From contig JBDRDJ010000031.1 in NCBI GenBank assembly GCA_043820815.1, positions 36,015 through 100,014 on the forward strand: a DNA stretch of 64,000 bases. Reading direction: 5' to 3'. The translations under genes were made by a program, and so were the position numbers. Below the pieces are notes generated by a model. It ran no database searches and was not told the DNA's origin. It worked only from the letters and a program-made list of their open reading frames with translations. This document shows positions 1-8,964 of the stretch, piece after piece; the stretch's first letter is position 1, and each line of letters begins with the position of its first letter. This DNA comes from Candidatus Omnitrophota bacterium (lineage in GTDB: Bacteria; Omnitrophota; Gorgyraeia; Duberdicusellales; 4484-171).

Positions 1-293
1 AGGGCTCCTCCTAAACAAAATACTCCAATTATAAAAAATAATACAAATCCTAAAGAAAAAGGTAAACCCAAAAAACTACTCACATTCTTTAGAAAGCCTA
101 TAGCCAGCCCTAAAAAACCTATGCTTGAATCAATCATTTGCATTTCTTGATTAAAGATATAGTTTAACAGCGGCACAATCAGCATTATCTTTACTGCTTC
201 AACAAAAGCAACAGCTGACATTACAAAAACAATTAAGGAAAAATCTTTTTTCCTTTCATTCCAAATTTCTCTTAAATACCTAAAAAATGTCAT
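1..293 (-). CDS. 5' portion (97 codons) of a membrane protein gene that runs off the window. The N-terminus resembles the start of the TMD of an MsbA/PglK-type ABC exporter.
   Basis: Own translation from ATG 293-291: MTFFRYLREIWNERKKDFSLIVFVMSAVAFVEAVKIMLIVPLLNYIFNQEM... There is an ATGA overlap with the stop of the upstream radical SAM gene, and the sequence forms hydrophobic helices. It is absent from the ORF track because it has no stop in the window. Confidence 0.55.
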   Translation of the reverse strand, partial: MTFFRYLREIWNERKKDFSLIVFVMSAVAFVEAVKIMLIVPLLNYIFNQEMQMIDSSIGFLGLAIGFLKNVSSFLGLPFSLGFVLFFIIGVFCLGGA

Positions 294-1129
294 GTTCTTT
301 GTTCTTCTTTTGCAGCGTAATGATACCCCGTCGGCACACCCCAGAATTCACACAAACTGCATAGGGGTATTTTGTCTCTTCTTCCTTCTATATGATAATT
401 TAACCACTCTTTTCTCTTTGCGCTCATCCAGATATCTATCAAAGGTGTATTTAAAGCATCGTCTATTATTCCGAGGCCCTTAGGGTCAAACCTTACGCAA
501 ATTGATACTTTTCCGTCGTACCTTATTGCCATATGGCTTAAAAAATCAAGGCAGATGCCTATCTCAGGAACCGTAGGGGTTTTTTTATATTTAAAGCTTC
601 CCATTGGGGAATGAAGAATACGTGCTGCTATTATGCAGTTAAGTTTCTTATACCTTTCTAACTTCACTTCTCCGAGGCACCTTATTATTACGTTTGGTTT
701 ACGGCTGCCTTTTATTTTAAGAAATTCCTGGATAAGCTTATACTGGCTGTCACCCTCCTGATCAGACTCAAATACCGATATTGTAATTGTTTCAAGATTG
801 CCGATAATTTCATCTGCTTTCTCAACAACTAATTTTCCGTTTGTGTCTAAACACCGTATCTGGCGGTTAAAAAAGCCAAGCGCGGCTTTTAGCCGGGGAT
901 AAAGAAGGGACTCTCCGTTATTGTGAAGTTGAACTACAATGCCAGAGGGAAGCTGCTTTGTTATTTTCTGAATAAGATTAAAATCCATATCTGTGTATTC
1001 ACCGTAAAGGCCGGGATGGTCTTTTTCAATCTTTCTTCTGCCGCACATCCAGCAGGATTTATTACAGCGGCTGGTTAATTCAACATTTACAGTGGTTAAT
1101 CCGTTAAAACATTTATCCATATTTTTCAC
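290..1129 (-). CDS. Radical SAM enzyme with C-terminal auxiliary-cluster (twitch/SPASM-like) cysteines
   Basis: 279 aa ORF with CxxxCxxC (SRCNKSCWMC) near the N-terminus and further Cys pairs near the C-terminus (ICVRF, CSLCEFWG). It overlaps the upstream gene by 17 nt. Confidence 0.8.
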   Translation of the reverse strand: MKNMDKCFNGLTTVNVELTSRCNKSCWMCGRRKIEKDHPGLYGEYTDMDFNLIQKITKQLPSGIVVQLHNNGESLLYPRLKAALGFFNRQIRCLDTNGKLVVEKADEIIGNLETITISVFESDQEGDSQYKLIQEFLKIKGSRKPNVIIRCLGEVKLERYKKLNCIIAARILHSPMGSFKYKKTPTVPEIGICLDFLSHMAIRYDGKVSICVRFDPKGLGIIDDALNTPLIDIWMSAKRKEWLNYHIEGRRDKIPLCSLCEFWGVPTGYHYAAKEEQRT

Positions 1130-2519
1130 TCTTTGCCCCGTAAACTAAATCATTGAAATTATAGTAAATCTCTTCGAATCTCTTCTTTGAGATGCCGGTC
1201 ATTTTCAGTATTGAGGTGTAGCTGAATGATATATCATCGTAATACCTATCTTCTATTAAGCCCTTTTCAATACATTCTTTCCTAAGTTTTGTCCCGTAAT
1301 AAGGGACAAATATGGCAATCCCGATACTGTCAGCTCTGCACTCTTTGCAAAAATCAATTGTTTTTAATATATCTTCTTCTTTTTCACCGGGCAAACCAAC
1401 CATAACATTTGCGGTAGTCCTAATTCCGTATTTCCTGCAATTATCAAACGCCCTTAAATAAACCGAATTCTTAACGTTTTTATTTAGCTTAGAGGCCCTT
1501 ATGTGCCCATCGCCGGTTTCAATGCCCATGGAAATAGTCGCACATCCGGCATCTTTTATTTTTCTAAGCCTGCTTTCGTCTAACAATGTGTCTGCCCTGG
1601 TCATGATAAAAAAAGGTAAACCCACCCTGTCTTTATATTTAGCGCAAAATTCATCAAACCTCTCATCGCTCATCATGCAGAAATTCTCATCATGAAACCA
1701 GGCCAACTCAAGAGAATATCTGTCTTTCTTATAAACCATTTCTTCAATTGCGCCCTCGATCGAACGCTCTCTACGATATGGGCCTAAATCTTTAAAAGCT
1801 TGCTGATACCAATAATTATTACAATAAGAACAATTATAAGGGCACCCTCTTGAAAGCTCAAAATATCCGGTTTTCCAGACCCGTCCCATAAAAGGCTTGT
1901 AGAAATGCCTCTGGTCAAAAATTGACCAGTCTTGAAAAACAGGCGGCTGCCAGTTGTAATACGGGGCAGGCTTATTCCTGATTACCCTTCCCTTCTGCTT
2001 AACGATTAAATTCGCCACATCTGAATAATCCCGGTTTCTATCCATTCGTCCGGCCAGTTCAACAATTGCGGCCTCGCCTTCACCGACACAAATCATATCT
2101 ACATTCTTATCATTAATAAAAAAATCTTCGGCTACCGTGGGAAACATTCCTCCTGCTATTATCGGGATATCAAACTTAGCCTTTATTGCCGCAAATAAAT
2201 CTCTTGCGCAGACATAATTGTTTTCAACTACGGTAAAAGCAATAAGATCGGGTTTAAATAAGGAAATCTTATCAAGGAGTTTCTCTTTTATATTAACCTT
2301 CTCGGGCTTTCCCCAATATTTATCAATATCGGTTTTCTCAACAATCCTTAATTTCTCCCTTGCCTTATGGTCGGTGAATCTATCCTCTACCATAAAAGTT
2401 ATGTCGAATAAATCTACCGTGTGCCCTTGGTATTTTAGCACTCCCGATAACATGCCTATCGCGGCGGGAATAATGGGGTAAGATTCTTTGTTAGGGTATA
2501 TAAATAAAACTTTGCTCAT
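1113..2519 (-). CDS. Cobalamin-binding-domain (class B) radical SAM enzyme
   Basis: 468 aa. The N-terminal B12-binding-like Rossmann segment (MSKVLFIYPN..., ICVGEGEAA) is followed by SRGCPYNCSYC. Confidence 0.85.
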   Translation of the reverse strand: MSKVLFIYPNKESYPIIPAAIGMLSGVLKYQGHTVDLFDITFMVEDRFTDHKAREKLRIVEKTDIDKYWGKPEKVNIKEKLLDKISLFKPDLIAFTVVENNYVCARDLFAAIKAKFDIPIIAGGMFPTVAEDFFINDKNVDMICVGEGEAAIVELAGRMDRNRDYSDVANLIVKQKGRVIRNKPAPYYNWQPPVFQDWSIFDQRHFYKPFMGRVWKTGYFELSRGCPYNCSYCNNYWYQQAFKDLGPYRRERSIEGAIEEMVYKKDRYSLELAWFHDENFCMMSDERFDEFCAKYKDRVGLPFFIMTRADTLLDESRLRKIKDAGCATISMGIETGDGHIRASKLNKNVKNSVYLRAFDNCRKYGIRTTANVMVGLPGEKEEDILKTIDFCKECRADSIGIAIFVPYYGTKLRKECIEKGLIEDRYYDDISFSYTSILKMTGISKKRFEEIYYNFNDLVYGAKSEKYG

Positions 2520-3716
2520 TTATCCTCTCAGCTCAACTAACGCCTTTTTGGTTGAATCAATCATATAATCAAAATCACGTTCGCCCATCCACACATGAAA
2601 AGGAAAAGACACCATATTATCGAAGAAATCATCGGTGTTGGGACAATTGGCAACTCCCAAGCCCATTTTTTTAAATAAAGGGTAACGGTAGAGAGGGTAA
2701 TACTGAACAATTGCTTTTATCTTATATTTATATGCCAATAACTCAATAAAATCGTGATTTGTTTTCTTAAATTCTTTGCCGCAATACTTTGCTGATAAAA
2801 GATGATATACATGTTTATAGCCTAAAGGCACTCTCTGAAATGACAATTCATTAAATTCCCCAAGTTCTTTTTTAAACTTCTCAGCCCTTTTTATTCTTAT
2901 TTTGTTAGACTTATCAAGGTTTTTAAGAAGTTTAATGCCCATCGCGCACTGGGGTTCACTTAAACAGAAATTATAAGGCCAGACACTTTCTATATCACAA
3001 TCAACATCAACCATTGCCGGCTGCCAGTAGTTATCCCGTTTATGCGAATATTCCCTTACTCCGTTATGCCTTAAACCGGGAACTTTTTTCGCTAAATCAG
3101 GGGCTTTTACAACTAACATGCCTCCTTCGCCTAAAGTAGTTATGTTTTTCTGGCAATGGAAACTGAAAGCTCCAAAGTCTGCGAAACTTCCTGATTTCTC
3201 ACCTTTCAACTCTGCTCCAATTGCCTGAGCACAATCTTCAACCACCATGCAATTATTTCTTTTAGCAAGGCTCATTATAGATTCCATATCAGCCATTAAA
3301 CCGTAAAGATGAACCGCGACTATCAGCCTGGTTTCTGGGGTAATTAACTTCTCGATTGATTGGCAAGAAACAACGCGGGTATCTCTATCAATATCTGCCC
3401 AAACAATTTTCGCGCCTGTTCTTGCAAAAGGAATGGCTGCGGCGCAAAAAGTATGCGCCGGTATTATTACCTCATCGCCTTTTTTAACCCCTGAAAGTAT
3501 TGCCGCAAGGTCAAGCGCGTTTGTGCAGTTAGAAACAGCAAAACTGTTAGGCGTTGAATTATATTTGGCAAATTCAGCCTCAAACTGTTTTAGATATTTT
3601 CCCTGAGTAAGAGGGTCGGCATTTTTTATTACATCTAAAATAAAATCCAATTCCTCATCCGTGCAGGCAAGTGACCTGCCGCTCCAAGGAATCCTAAAAT
3701 TGTTTCTCTTATTCAC
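2520..3716 (-). CDS. DegT/DnrJ/EryC1-type PLP sugar aminotransferase
   Basis: Family motif FSFHCQKNITTLGEGG with the PLP lysine. I moved the start to GTG 3716, which is preceded by GGGAGGA 8 nt upstream and overlaps the stop of the upstream gene. The track's longer N-terminus overlaps the NeuB-like gene. Confidence 0.85.
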   Translation of the reverse strand: MNKRNNFRIPWSGRSLACTDEELDFILDVIKNADPLTQGKYLKQFEAEFAKYNSTPNSFAVSNCTNALDLAAILSGVKKGDEVIIPAHTFCAAAIPFARTGAKIVWADIDRDTRVVSCQSIEKLITPETRLIVAVHLYGLMADMESIMSLAKRNNCMVVEDCAQAIGAELKGEKSGSFADFGAFSFHCQKNITTLGEGGMLVVKAPDLAKKVPGLRHNGVREYSHKRDNYWQPAMVDVDCDIESVWPYNFCLSEPQCAMGIKLLKNLDKSNKIRIKRAEKFKKELGEFNELSFQRVPLGYKHVYHLLSAKYCGKEFKKTNHDFIELLAYKYKIKAIVQYYPLYRYPLFKKMGLGVANCPNTDDFFDNMVSFPFHVWMGERDFDYMIDSTKKALVELRG

Positions 3717-4587
3717 CTTCAAAATCCTCCCGGAAATAACGCAGCTTGTACATTGCTTCTTCTTCCATTTCGTGAATGGATTTCTCGCCTGTTCCAAGCA
3801 TCTTCTTAACCAGCCGGCAGTCTCTAACCACAAGTTCTAAACCTTTTCTCTCAAGCGAAGAAGACTGGTCAGAGCCGTACATGCTCCTGCTTAAAGTTAT
3901 ATGCCTTTCAATAGCAACCACTCCCTGCACAACAGCAACAGTAGAAGGCAGAATTCCTACTTCGTGGCCGCTGTAGCCGCAGGGGCAACCGTAGCGTTTC
4001 CTTAAAGACTGGGTCATGTTTATATTGCACCATTCATCAGGACAGGGGTAAATCGATATACAGTGCATAAGCGTAAAAGGACAATCTTCTTTCTTAAAAA
4101 CATCAACTACTCTGTCTATCTGCTCAAAACTGCTCATTCCCGTTGATATAAAGGTGTGTTTTTTCTCGCTGGCAACCATCTTTATTAAATTTATGTGAGT
4201 AAGCATGGGAGATGCTATTTTATTAAATGGTAAATTGAACTGGCGCAAGAAAATTTGGCTGTCCTCATCCCAGGCAGAGGCAAACCAGTAGATCTCTTTT
4301 TCTTTACAGTACTTATCGACCTCTGAATATTCGTCTTTGCCGAATTCCAGCCCTTCTTTCTGATCCCGCTGAGTATTACCCCAGGGGCTTTGCCTGGGGG
4401 ATGCGAGAAATTCTTTGCTGTAAACCTTATCCACTGTGCGCTTTTGAAACTTAACCGCGTCACAGCCGCAGTCCTTAGCCATATCAATCAGCTCTTTTGC
4501 TACCTGTAAATCTCCGTTATGGTTAATGCCGAGCTCGGCGATTATAAAGGGAAGCCTGCTTTCATCCTGATATGGGTTAATTGCCAT
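3709..4587 (-). CDS. NeuB-family ulosonic acid synthase, short form without a C-terminal SAF domain
   Basis: 292 aa. IIAELGINHNGDLQVAKELIDMAKDCGCDAVKFQKR is the NeuB TIM-barrel signature. The protein ends without the SAF/antifreeze-like segment that is present in the paralog at 47545-48684. Confidence 0.8.
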   Translation of the reverse strand: MAINPYQDESRLPFIIAELGINHNGDLQVAKELIDMAKDCGCDAVKFQKRTVDKVYSKEFLASPRQSPWGNTQRDQKEGLEFGKDEYSEVDKYCKEKEIYWFASAWDEDSQIFLRQFNLPFNKIASPMLTHINLIKMVASEKKHTFISTGMSSFEQIDRVVDVFKKEDCPFTLMHCISIYPCPDEWCNINMTQSLRKRYGCPCGYSGHEVGILPSTVAVVQGVVAIERHITLSRSMYGSDQSSSLERKGLELVVRDCRLVKKMLGTGEKSIHEMEEEAMYKLRYFREDFEGE

Positions 4588-4597
4588 TGTAAACCTC

Positions 4598-5305
4598 CTA
4601 ATATTTGTTTAATATTCTTCGTTTCATAAAGAATTCGCAGATTTCTACATCTTCTGCCTTATCAATTTCAAATGATTTCCACAAAGGCATAAGATACATC
4701 TCAATTTTTCCCCCAAAACGGTTGTTGTTTTTCCTTAAAATACCGGGTTTAAATATGTAAATTGAGCCGTTTTCCAGATAATAAGGTTTCCTCTCCTGAC
4801 GCCTGCCCCTGTTTTTATAATCGAAAGTTGCGCCTTTAAGCTTCTTGTTTTTAATTTCCCAGGCGCAGAAATCATCTAAAAGGCTTGACGAAAAGAGAGA
4901 GTCGGCTTTTTTGTTTATAAAATAATTAACAGCCTTACCTATATCGCACTCTTCTCTAAGCGGCGACGTAGCCTGGAGAAAAACACATATATCTATTTTC
5001 TTTCTCTTTTGCTTTTCTATGTTTTCTATAGCATGCAAAAGAGCCTGCTCTGAAGATGATTTACCGCCTGACAAAGATTTTGGCCGTTTTATCGATTTTG
5101 CTCCAAATACTTCTGATATATTTATAATTTCTTTGCTGTCTGAGGAAACATAAACATCTTTTATGTATTTGCTGTTTTTAGCCTGCAAAATTGACCATGC
5201 AATGAGAGGCTTACCGCAGAAATCCATTATATTTTTTCCTCGTATTCCTTTAGAGCCGCCTCTTGCCGGTATTACTGCAATTATTTCTTGGCTTTTCTTA
5301 TTCAT
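4598..5305 (-). CDS. neuA: CMP-nonulosonic acid synthetase (acylneuraminate cytidylyltransferase family)
   Basis: 235 aa. IAVIPARGGSKGIRGKNI P-loop-like motif, then LQATSPLR. Confidence 0.85.
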   Translation of the reverse strand: MNKKSQEIIAVIPARGGSKGIRGKNIMDFCGKPLIAWSILQAKNSKYIKDVYVSSDSKEIINISEVFGAKSIKRPKSLSGGKSSSEQALLHAIENIEKQKRKKIDICVFLQATSPLREECDIGKAVNYFINKKADSLFSSSLLDDFCAWEIKNKKLKGATFDYKNRGRRQERKPYYLENGSIYIFKPGILRKNNNRFGGKIEMYLMPLWKSFEIDKAEDVEICEFFMKRRILNKY

Positions 5306-5934
5306 TGCTTCTTAAAACCTTTGGGAAAAACTTTCTCTTTTTTAATCAAAAATACTATGTAATTCCCCAAAGCCGGGCCGAATAAATTAGCAAAACCGTT
5401 TAATGCCTTAAGGAGGCAAAACTCAAGTTTTGTTTTTGCCACCTTATGAATGGCAAAAAAACGCCTTAAGTCATACTTTAAAAATAGAGCTTTGCTCAAT
5501 TTCACAACATCGCGCTTATTAAAACGGTAAACATAGTTTCCGTGCTCGATTTCGTATTCACTTGCCCAGCCTAATTTCTCAAACAATCTCGTAAGCCAAG
5601 TATCATTTGGCTCAATTACTATAAGCCCTTCTTTCGCAACACGCAAAAGCTCATAAACTCCTCTTGCGGGCTCTTTTAAATGGTGAAGGCTGGCGGCAAT
5701 GACCACATAATCAAAAGAATTGTCTTTAAAGGCTAAATGTTGATTGTCAGTTAAAATAAACAATTCATCGGAGAAATTTGATTGGGATTTCTCCATAGCC
5801 TTCGTATTGATGTCGCTAAAACACACCTTCTTAGGATTATAAAACTTCTTTATGTAATGGGCATCGATGCCGCAGCCGCTGCTTGCAACTAGAAGCGTCT
5901 TGTTGCTTAAGCTAAGATTGTTGTCATCTAACAT
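5302..5934 (-). CDS. Class I SAM-dependent methyltransferase; the N-terminus is possibly truncated or frameshifted (see finding)
   Basis: 210 aa with LLVASSGCG (motif I) and DYVVIAASLHHL. The same reading frame stays open for 41 codons upstream, back to the GT4 stop codon. Confidence 0.75.
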   Translation of the reverse strand: MLDDNNLSLSNKTLLVASSGCGIDAHYIKKFYNPKKVCFSDINTKAMEKSQSNFSDELFILTDNQHLAFKDNSFDYVVIAASLHHLKEPARGVYELLRVAKEGLIVIEPNDTWLTRLFEKLGWASEYEIEHGNYVYRFNKRDVVKLSKALFLKYDLRRFFAIHKVAKTKLEFCLLKALNGFANLFGPALGNYIVFLIKKEKVFPKGFKKQ

Positions 5935-6020
5935 TTTTTTAAGCCTTATAAAAGGAACCGCCCGGAAATAATCATGAAAGTAATTATTTTCGTAAATAAA
6001 AGGACTGTCCCAAGAATAGG

Positions 6021-6030
6021 TTTTTTTTTT
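6021..6030 (-). repeat. A10 (T10 on plus) homopolymer tract between the GT4 stop and the methyltransferase ATG
   Basis: Direct reading: 6021-6030 tttttttttt. It is one of only two homopolymer runs of 10 nt or more that I saw in the window; the other is the T11 tract at 59817-59827. Confidence 0.95.
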
Positions 6031-6057
6031 CTTTAGGCTCAGCGATACTTTCTTTAT

Positions 6058-7287
6058 TTATACACATAATTTCTCCTCTCTGGGGACTTGGGTTTTATCT
6101 TTCATTTGCAAAGTGTATTTATTTAAAGTATCCTTATATATCCCTATTAATATTTCATAGTTTTTCTCTTCAGAATACTTTCTTCCATATTCTTTCCTGG
6201 CTTCTTCTCCCATCTGGCGCATTTTATCGGGATTTTTCCATGCCCATTCAATTTTAGAGGCAAGATCTTTTGGATCTTTAACATTAAAAAGCAGGCCCGT
6301 TTTTCCATCTTCAACAAGCTCGCTCATACCGCCGACCCTTGCGGCTATAACGGGAACCGAGCAGGCAAAAGACTCAACCACTGTACGAGGAACTTGCTCA
6401 TAAACCTCGGAGGGAAAAATAAGAAAAAGGGCACTACGTAAACATTCAAACTTTTTCTGATCGGACAATCTTCCTAATACTTCAATATTACCTCTTCCTT
6501 TTGCCCTTTCTTTTAACTTGCTATACATATATCCGTCGCCGATTATTTTAACCTTTGATTCTGAAAAATTTTCATAAGAAGAAAATAAAGTTTCAATACC
6601 TTTATAACCGAACAACCTTCCTATATATAAACCATAGCTTTTATCATTAGCATTGTCTTTTCTCTCTAAACTAACAAAATTTGGGCAAACCGCTATTTTA
6701 TTTTTGGATAAACCAAGATTTATGAATTTATTTCTACTGTAATTGCTTGCAGCAATATATGTCTGAATCTTTTCTTTAAATGTTTTCTTTTTGTGATGAT
6801 ATCTTAACAAACAAACCATGCATAAGGTTTGAAAAAAAGAACCCTTGCCGCAAAAATTAAACACAGCTGGTAAGAAATTACCCCCAAAGCATTCTTCACA
6901 TATTTTATCGTCTCTAAAGAATTTGCCTTTGTTTGGACAAAACATCCTGTGGTTATGCAACGACTGAACAACCGGAATATTGCAATCAGCCAGCGCACTA
7001 TAAACCGAAGGGCTAACCATAAAAAAAATATTATGAATATGGGCAATGTCAGGCTTTTCTTTCTTAACGATATCTTTTATTTCTGAATAGGTCTTTTTAG
7101 ACCAAATCATTTCATTTTTTAGGAGATTAATTCTTTTAAACAATGGAAATTTATCGATCTCTCTGTTTGATCGTTGATATAATATTACCTCGTGTCCGTA
7201 CTTTCTAAGCATTTGAACCTCTGAAGCAACAACAGACTCTTCTCCTCCTTCATATACGTAACAACAATGAATATTTAATATCTTCAT
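6058..7287 (-). CDS. GT4-family (GT-B, retaining) glycosyltransferase
   Basis: 409 aa. C-terminal EVYEQVPRTVVESFACSVPVIAARVGGMSELVEDGKTGLLF matches the GT4 EX7E-region pattern. Confidence 0.85.
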   Translation of the reverse strand: MKILNIHCCYVYEGGEESVVASEVQMLRKYGHEVILYQRSNREIDKFPLFKRINLLKNEMIWSKKTYSEIKDIVKKEKPDIAHIHNIFFMVSPSVYSALADCNIPVVQSLHNHRMFCPNKGKFFRDDKICEECFGGNFLPAVFNFCGKGSFFQTLCMVCLLRYHHKKKTFKEKIQTYIAASNYSRNKFINLGLSKNKIAVCPNFVSLERKDNANDKSYGLYIGRLFGYKGIETLFSSYENFSESKVKIIGDGYMYSKLKERAKGRGNIEVLGRLSDQKKFECLRSALFLIFPSEVYEQVPRTVVESFACSVPVIAARVGGMSELVEDGKTGLLFNVKDPKDLASKIEWAWKNPDKMRQMGEEARKEYGRKYSEEKNYEILIGIYKDTLNKYTLQMKDKTQVPREEKLCV

Positions 7288-7289
7288 GA

Positions 7290-8219
7290 CTAAATCCTTG
7301 ATAAATAATACCGGTAAGATTCTCTAAGACTCTGTTCAATAGAAATTAATCCGTTTGATTTTATAATCTTATTAATTTTACAACTCGAGCCCACAAAATC
7401 ATCTAAAGCGTTTTCTTTGCAATCTTTTTTATCCTCAATAACCTTAATATTTCTTATACCCGATAAATTTATAAGCTTTCTTAGCAGATATCTCATTTTG
7501 TAGGATTTACCTCTACAGATGTTATACACCTGTCCTTTTTCCCCAAATATTGCAACCGCCAATAAATAACGGCAAACATCATAAATGTCCAGAAAATCCC
7601 TCTTAGAATCAAGGCTTTTAGTGTTAATCACAGCTGGGACCTTACCTTTTTTTATCAACGCTAACACACGGGAGAATCTTCCTATTGATAAGCTCACCGG
7701 GGTTCCTTTTCCGAATATATTAAAAATTCTCGCAACCACAACATTAAGCCCTCCGGATGCGTAGAGTAAAGACAATCTTGATTGCATTGCTTTTGATAAA
7801 CCGTACAATGTTACCGGTTTTTCAGGGTAGCTTTCTTTAAATTTATTATTATTCAATTGTCTCTCGCCGTATTCGGCAGCAGAAGAAGGTATAACTATAC
7901 GGGGGTTATAATTATCCATGCTTTTTACCGCTTCTAAAATAGTAAACGTAGATACAACATTCTCCCTTAACAATTCTTTCAAATTATCTCGACAAGTACT
8001 GCCGGCTAGGTGGAAAATATAATCCGGTTTTTCCTTACTAATTATGCCCGCAAGCTTACTTTTATTAGTTACATTTATCTTAAATATTGTATTGGATTTA
8101 TTGCCCAAACGGTCTATCCCGTAAATATTCCAGCTAGGATATTTTTTATTGATTACCTCCTTAAGGCTGCTGCCAATAAAACCATTTATTCCGGTTATTA
8201 AAACAGTTTTTTTCTTCAT
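7290..8219 (-). CDS. Extended SDR, NDP-sugar epimerase/reductase
   Basis: I chose the start at ATG 8219 (MKKKTVLITGINGFIGSSL, Rossmann GxxGxxG). YGLSKAMQ is the catalytic YxxxK. The longer track ORF overlaps the upstream gene. Confidence 0.75.
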   Translation of the reverse strand: MKKKTVLITGINGFIGSSLKEVINKKYPSWNIYGIDRLGNKSNTIFKINVTNKSKLAGIISKEKPDYIFHLAGSTCRDNLKELLRENVVSTFTILEAVKSMDNYNPRIVIPSSAAEYGERQLNNNKFKESYPEKPVTLYGLSKAMQSRLSLLYASGGLNVVVARIFNIFGKGTPVSLSIGRFSRVLALIKKGKVPAVINTKSLDSKRDFLDIYDVCRYLLAVAIFGEKGQVYNICRGKSYKMRYLLRKLINLSGIRNIKVIEDKKDCKENALDDFVGSSCKINKIIKSNGLISIEQSLRESYRYYLSRI

Positions 8220-8238
8220 ATATTGAGTATATTCTCTT

Positions 8239-8940
8239 TTATAAGAATCTTTCCCTGTTTTTCTCAAATTCTTCCTGCGCTGTCTGAAAATCTTCGATTC
8301 TTCCAATATCAAGCCAGTAAGAGTCTGACTTGAAACAGGAAATATTCTCATTTGCCGCCTGCATTTTCCATATAAGTTCGGGAATTCCAATTGTTTCGCC
8401 TTTTAAAATATATTTTTTGCACTTTTTACTTAGAACATTAACCCCCATACTTACATAATCGTACCTTTTGGGCTTCTCAGTATATTTGATAAGCTTAGAA
8501 TCGGAGCTTATTTGCAAAACCCCAAAATCTATAGCAACTTCTCTTTTTACCGCAGAAATTGTAACTGCCGCATTACTCTTTAAGTGAAAATTATACAGCT
8601 CATTATAATCTAAATCTGTAAGAGTATCCCCGTTCATTAATATAAAATTATTAGCCAGGCCTTTTATATTTTTTATTGCCCCTGCAGTTCCCAGGGCTTT
8701 ATCTTCTCTGACATATCTTATTTTTACACCCCATTTATTTCCTTTTCTAAAATAAGCCTCGATGAGTTCGGCCAAATGGCCTGTTGAAATTATAATATCT
8801 TCGATTTTGTGGCGCTTCAGCTGCATGATAATTATCTCCAAAACAGGTAAATCGCCTATTGGGACCAAAGGCTTAGGTATTGCAACGGTATAAGGCTTAA
8901 GCCTAGTGCCTTTTCCGCCTGCTAAAATAACTGCTTGCAT
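8239..8940 (-). CDS. Sugar-1-phosphate nucleotidyltransferase
   Basis: 233 aa. MQAVILAGGKGTRLKPYT (GxGTRL motif), as in the RmlA/ManC/GlmU N-domain fold. Confidence 0.85.
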   Translation of the reverse strand: MQAVILAGGKGTRLKPYTVAIPKPLVPIGDLPVLEIIIMQLKRHKIEDIIISTGHLAELIEAYFRKGNKWGVKIRYVREDKALGTAGAIKNIKGLANNFILMNGDTLTDLDYNELYNFHLKSNAAVTISAVKREVAIDFGVLQISSDSKLIKYTEKPKRYDYVSMGVNVLSKKCKKYILKGETIGIPELIWKMQAANENISCFKSDSYWLDIGRIEDFQTAQEEFEKNRERFL

Positions 8941-8964
8941 ACTAAATTCCTTTCAAAGAATAAG

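Noticed and set aside
241-259. ATG at 259 as the start of the distal membrane protein gene
   Set aside because: That frame hits TAA after 8 codons. The frame that encodes the hydrophobic protein starts at ATG 293, which overlaps the upstream stop (ATGA).
2520-3833. Long N-terminal extensions given in the ORF track (2520-3833, 7290-8390, 36492-37424, 43641-44681, 52616-53947, 54052-55482, 57645-58580)
   Set aside because: The extensions overlap the 3' ends of upstream genes or the tRNA trailer, lack family sequence, and in two checked cases use non-ATG starts (TTG at 53947, GTG at 58580). Internal starts with an RBS or ATGA coupling (3716, 8219, 37283, 44642, 53920, 55413, 58550) reproduce the canonical family N-termini.
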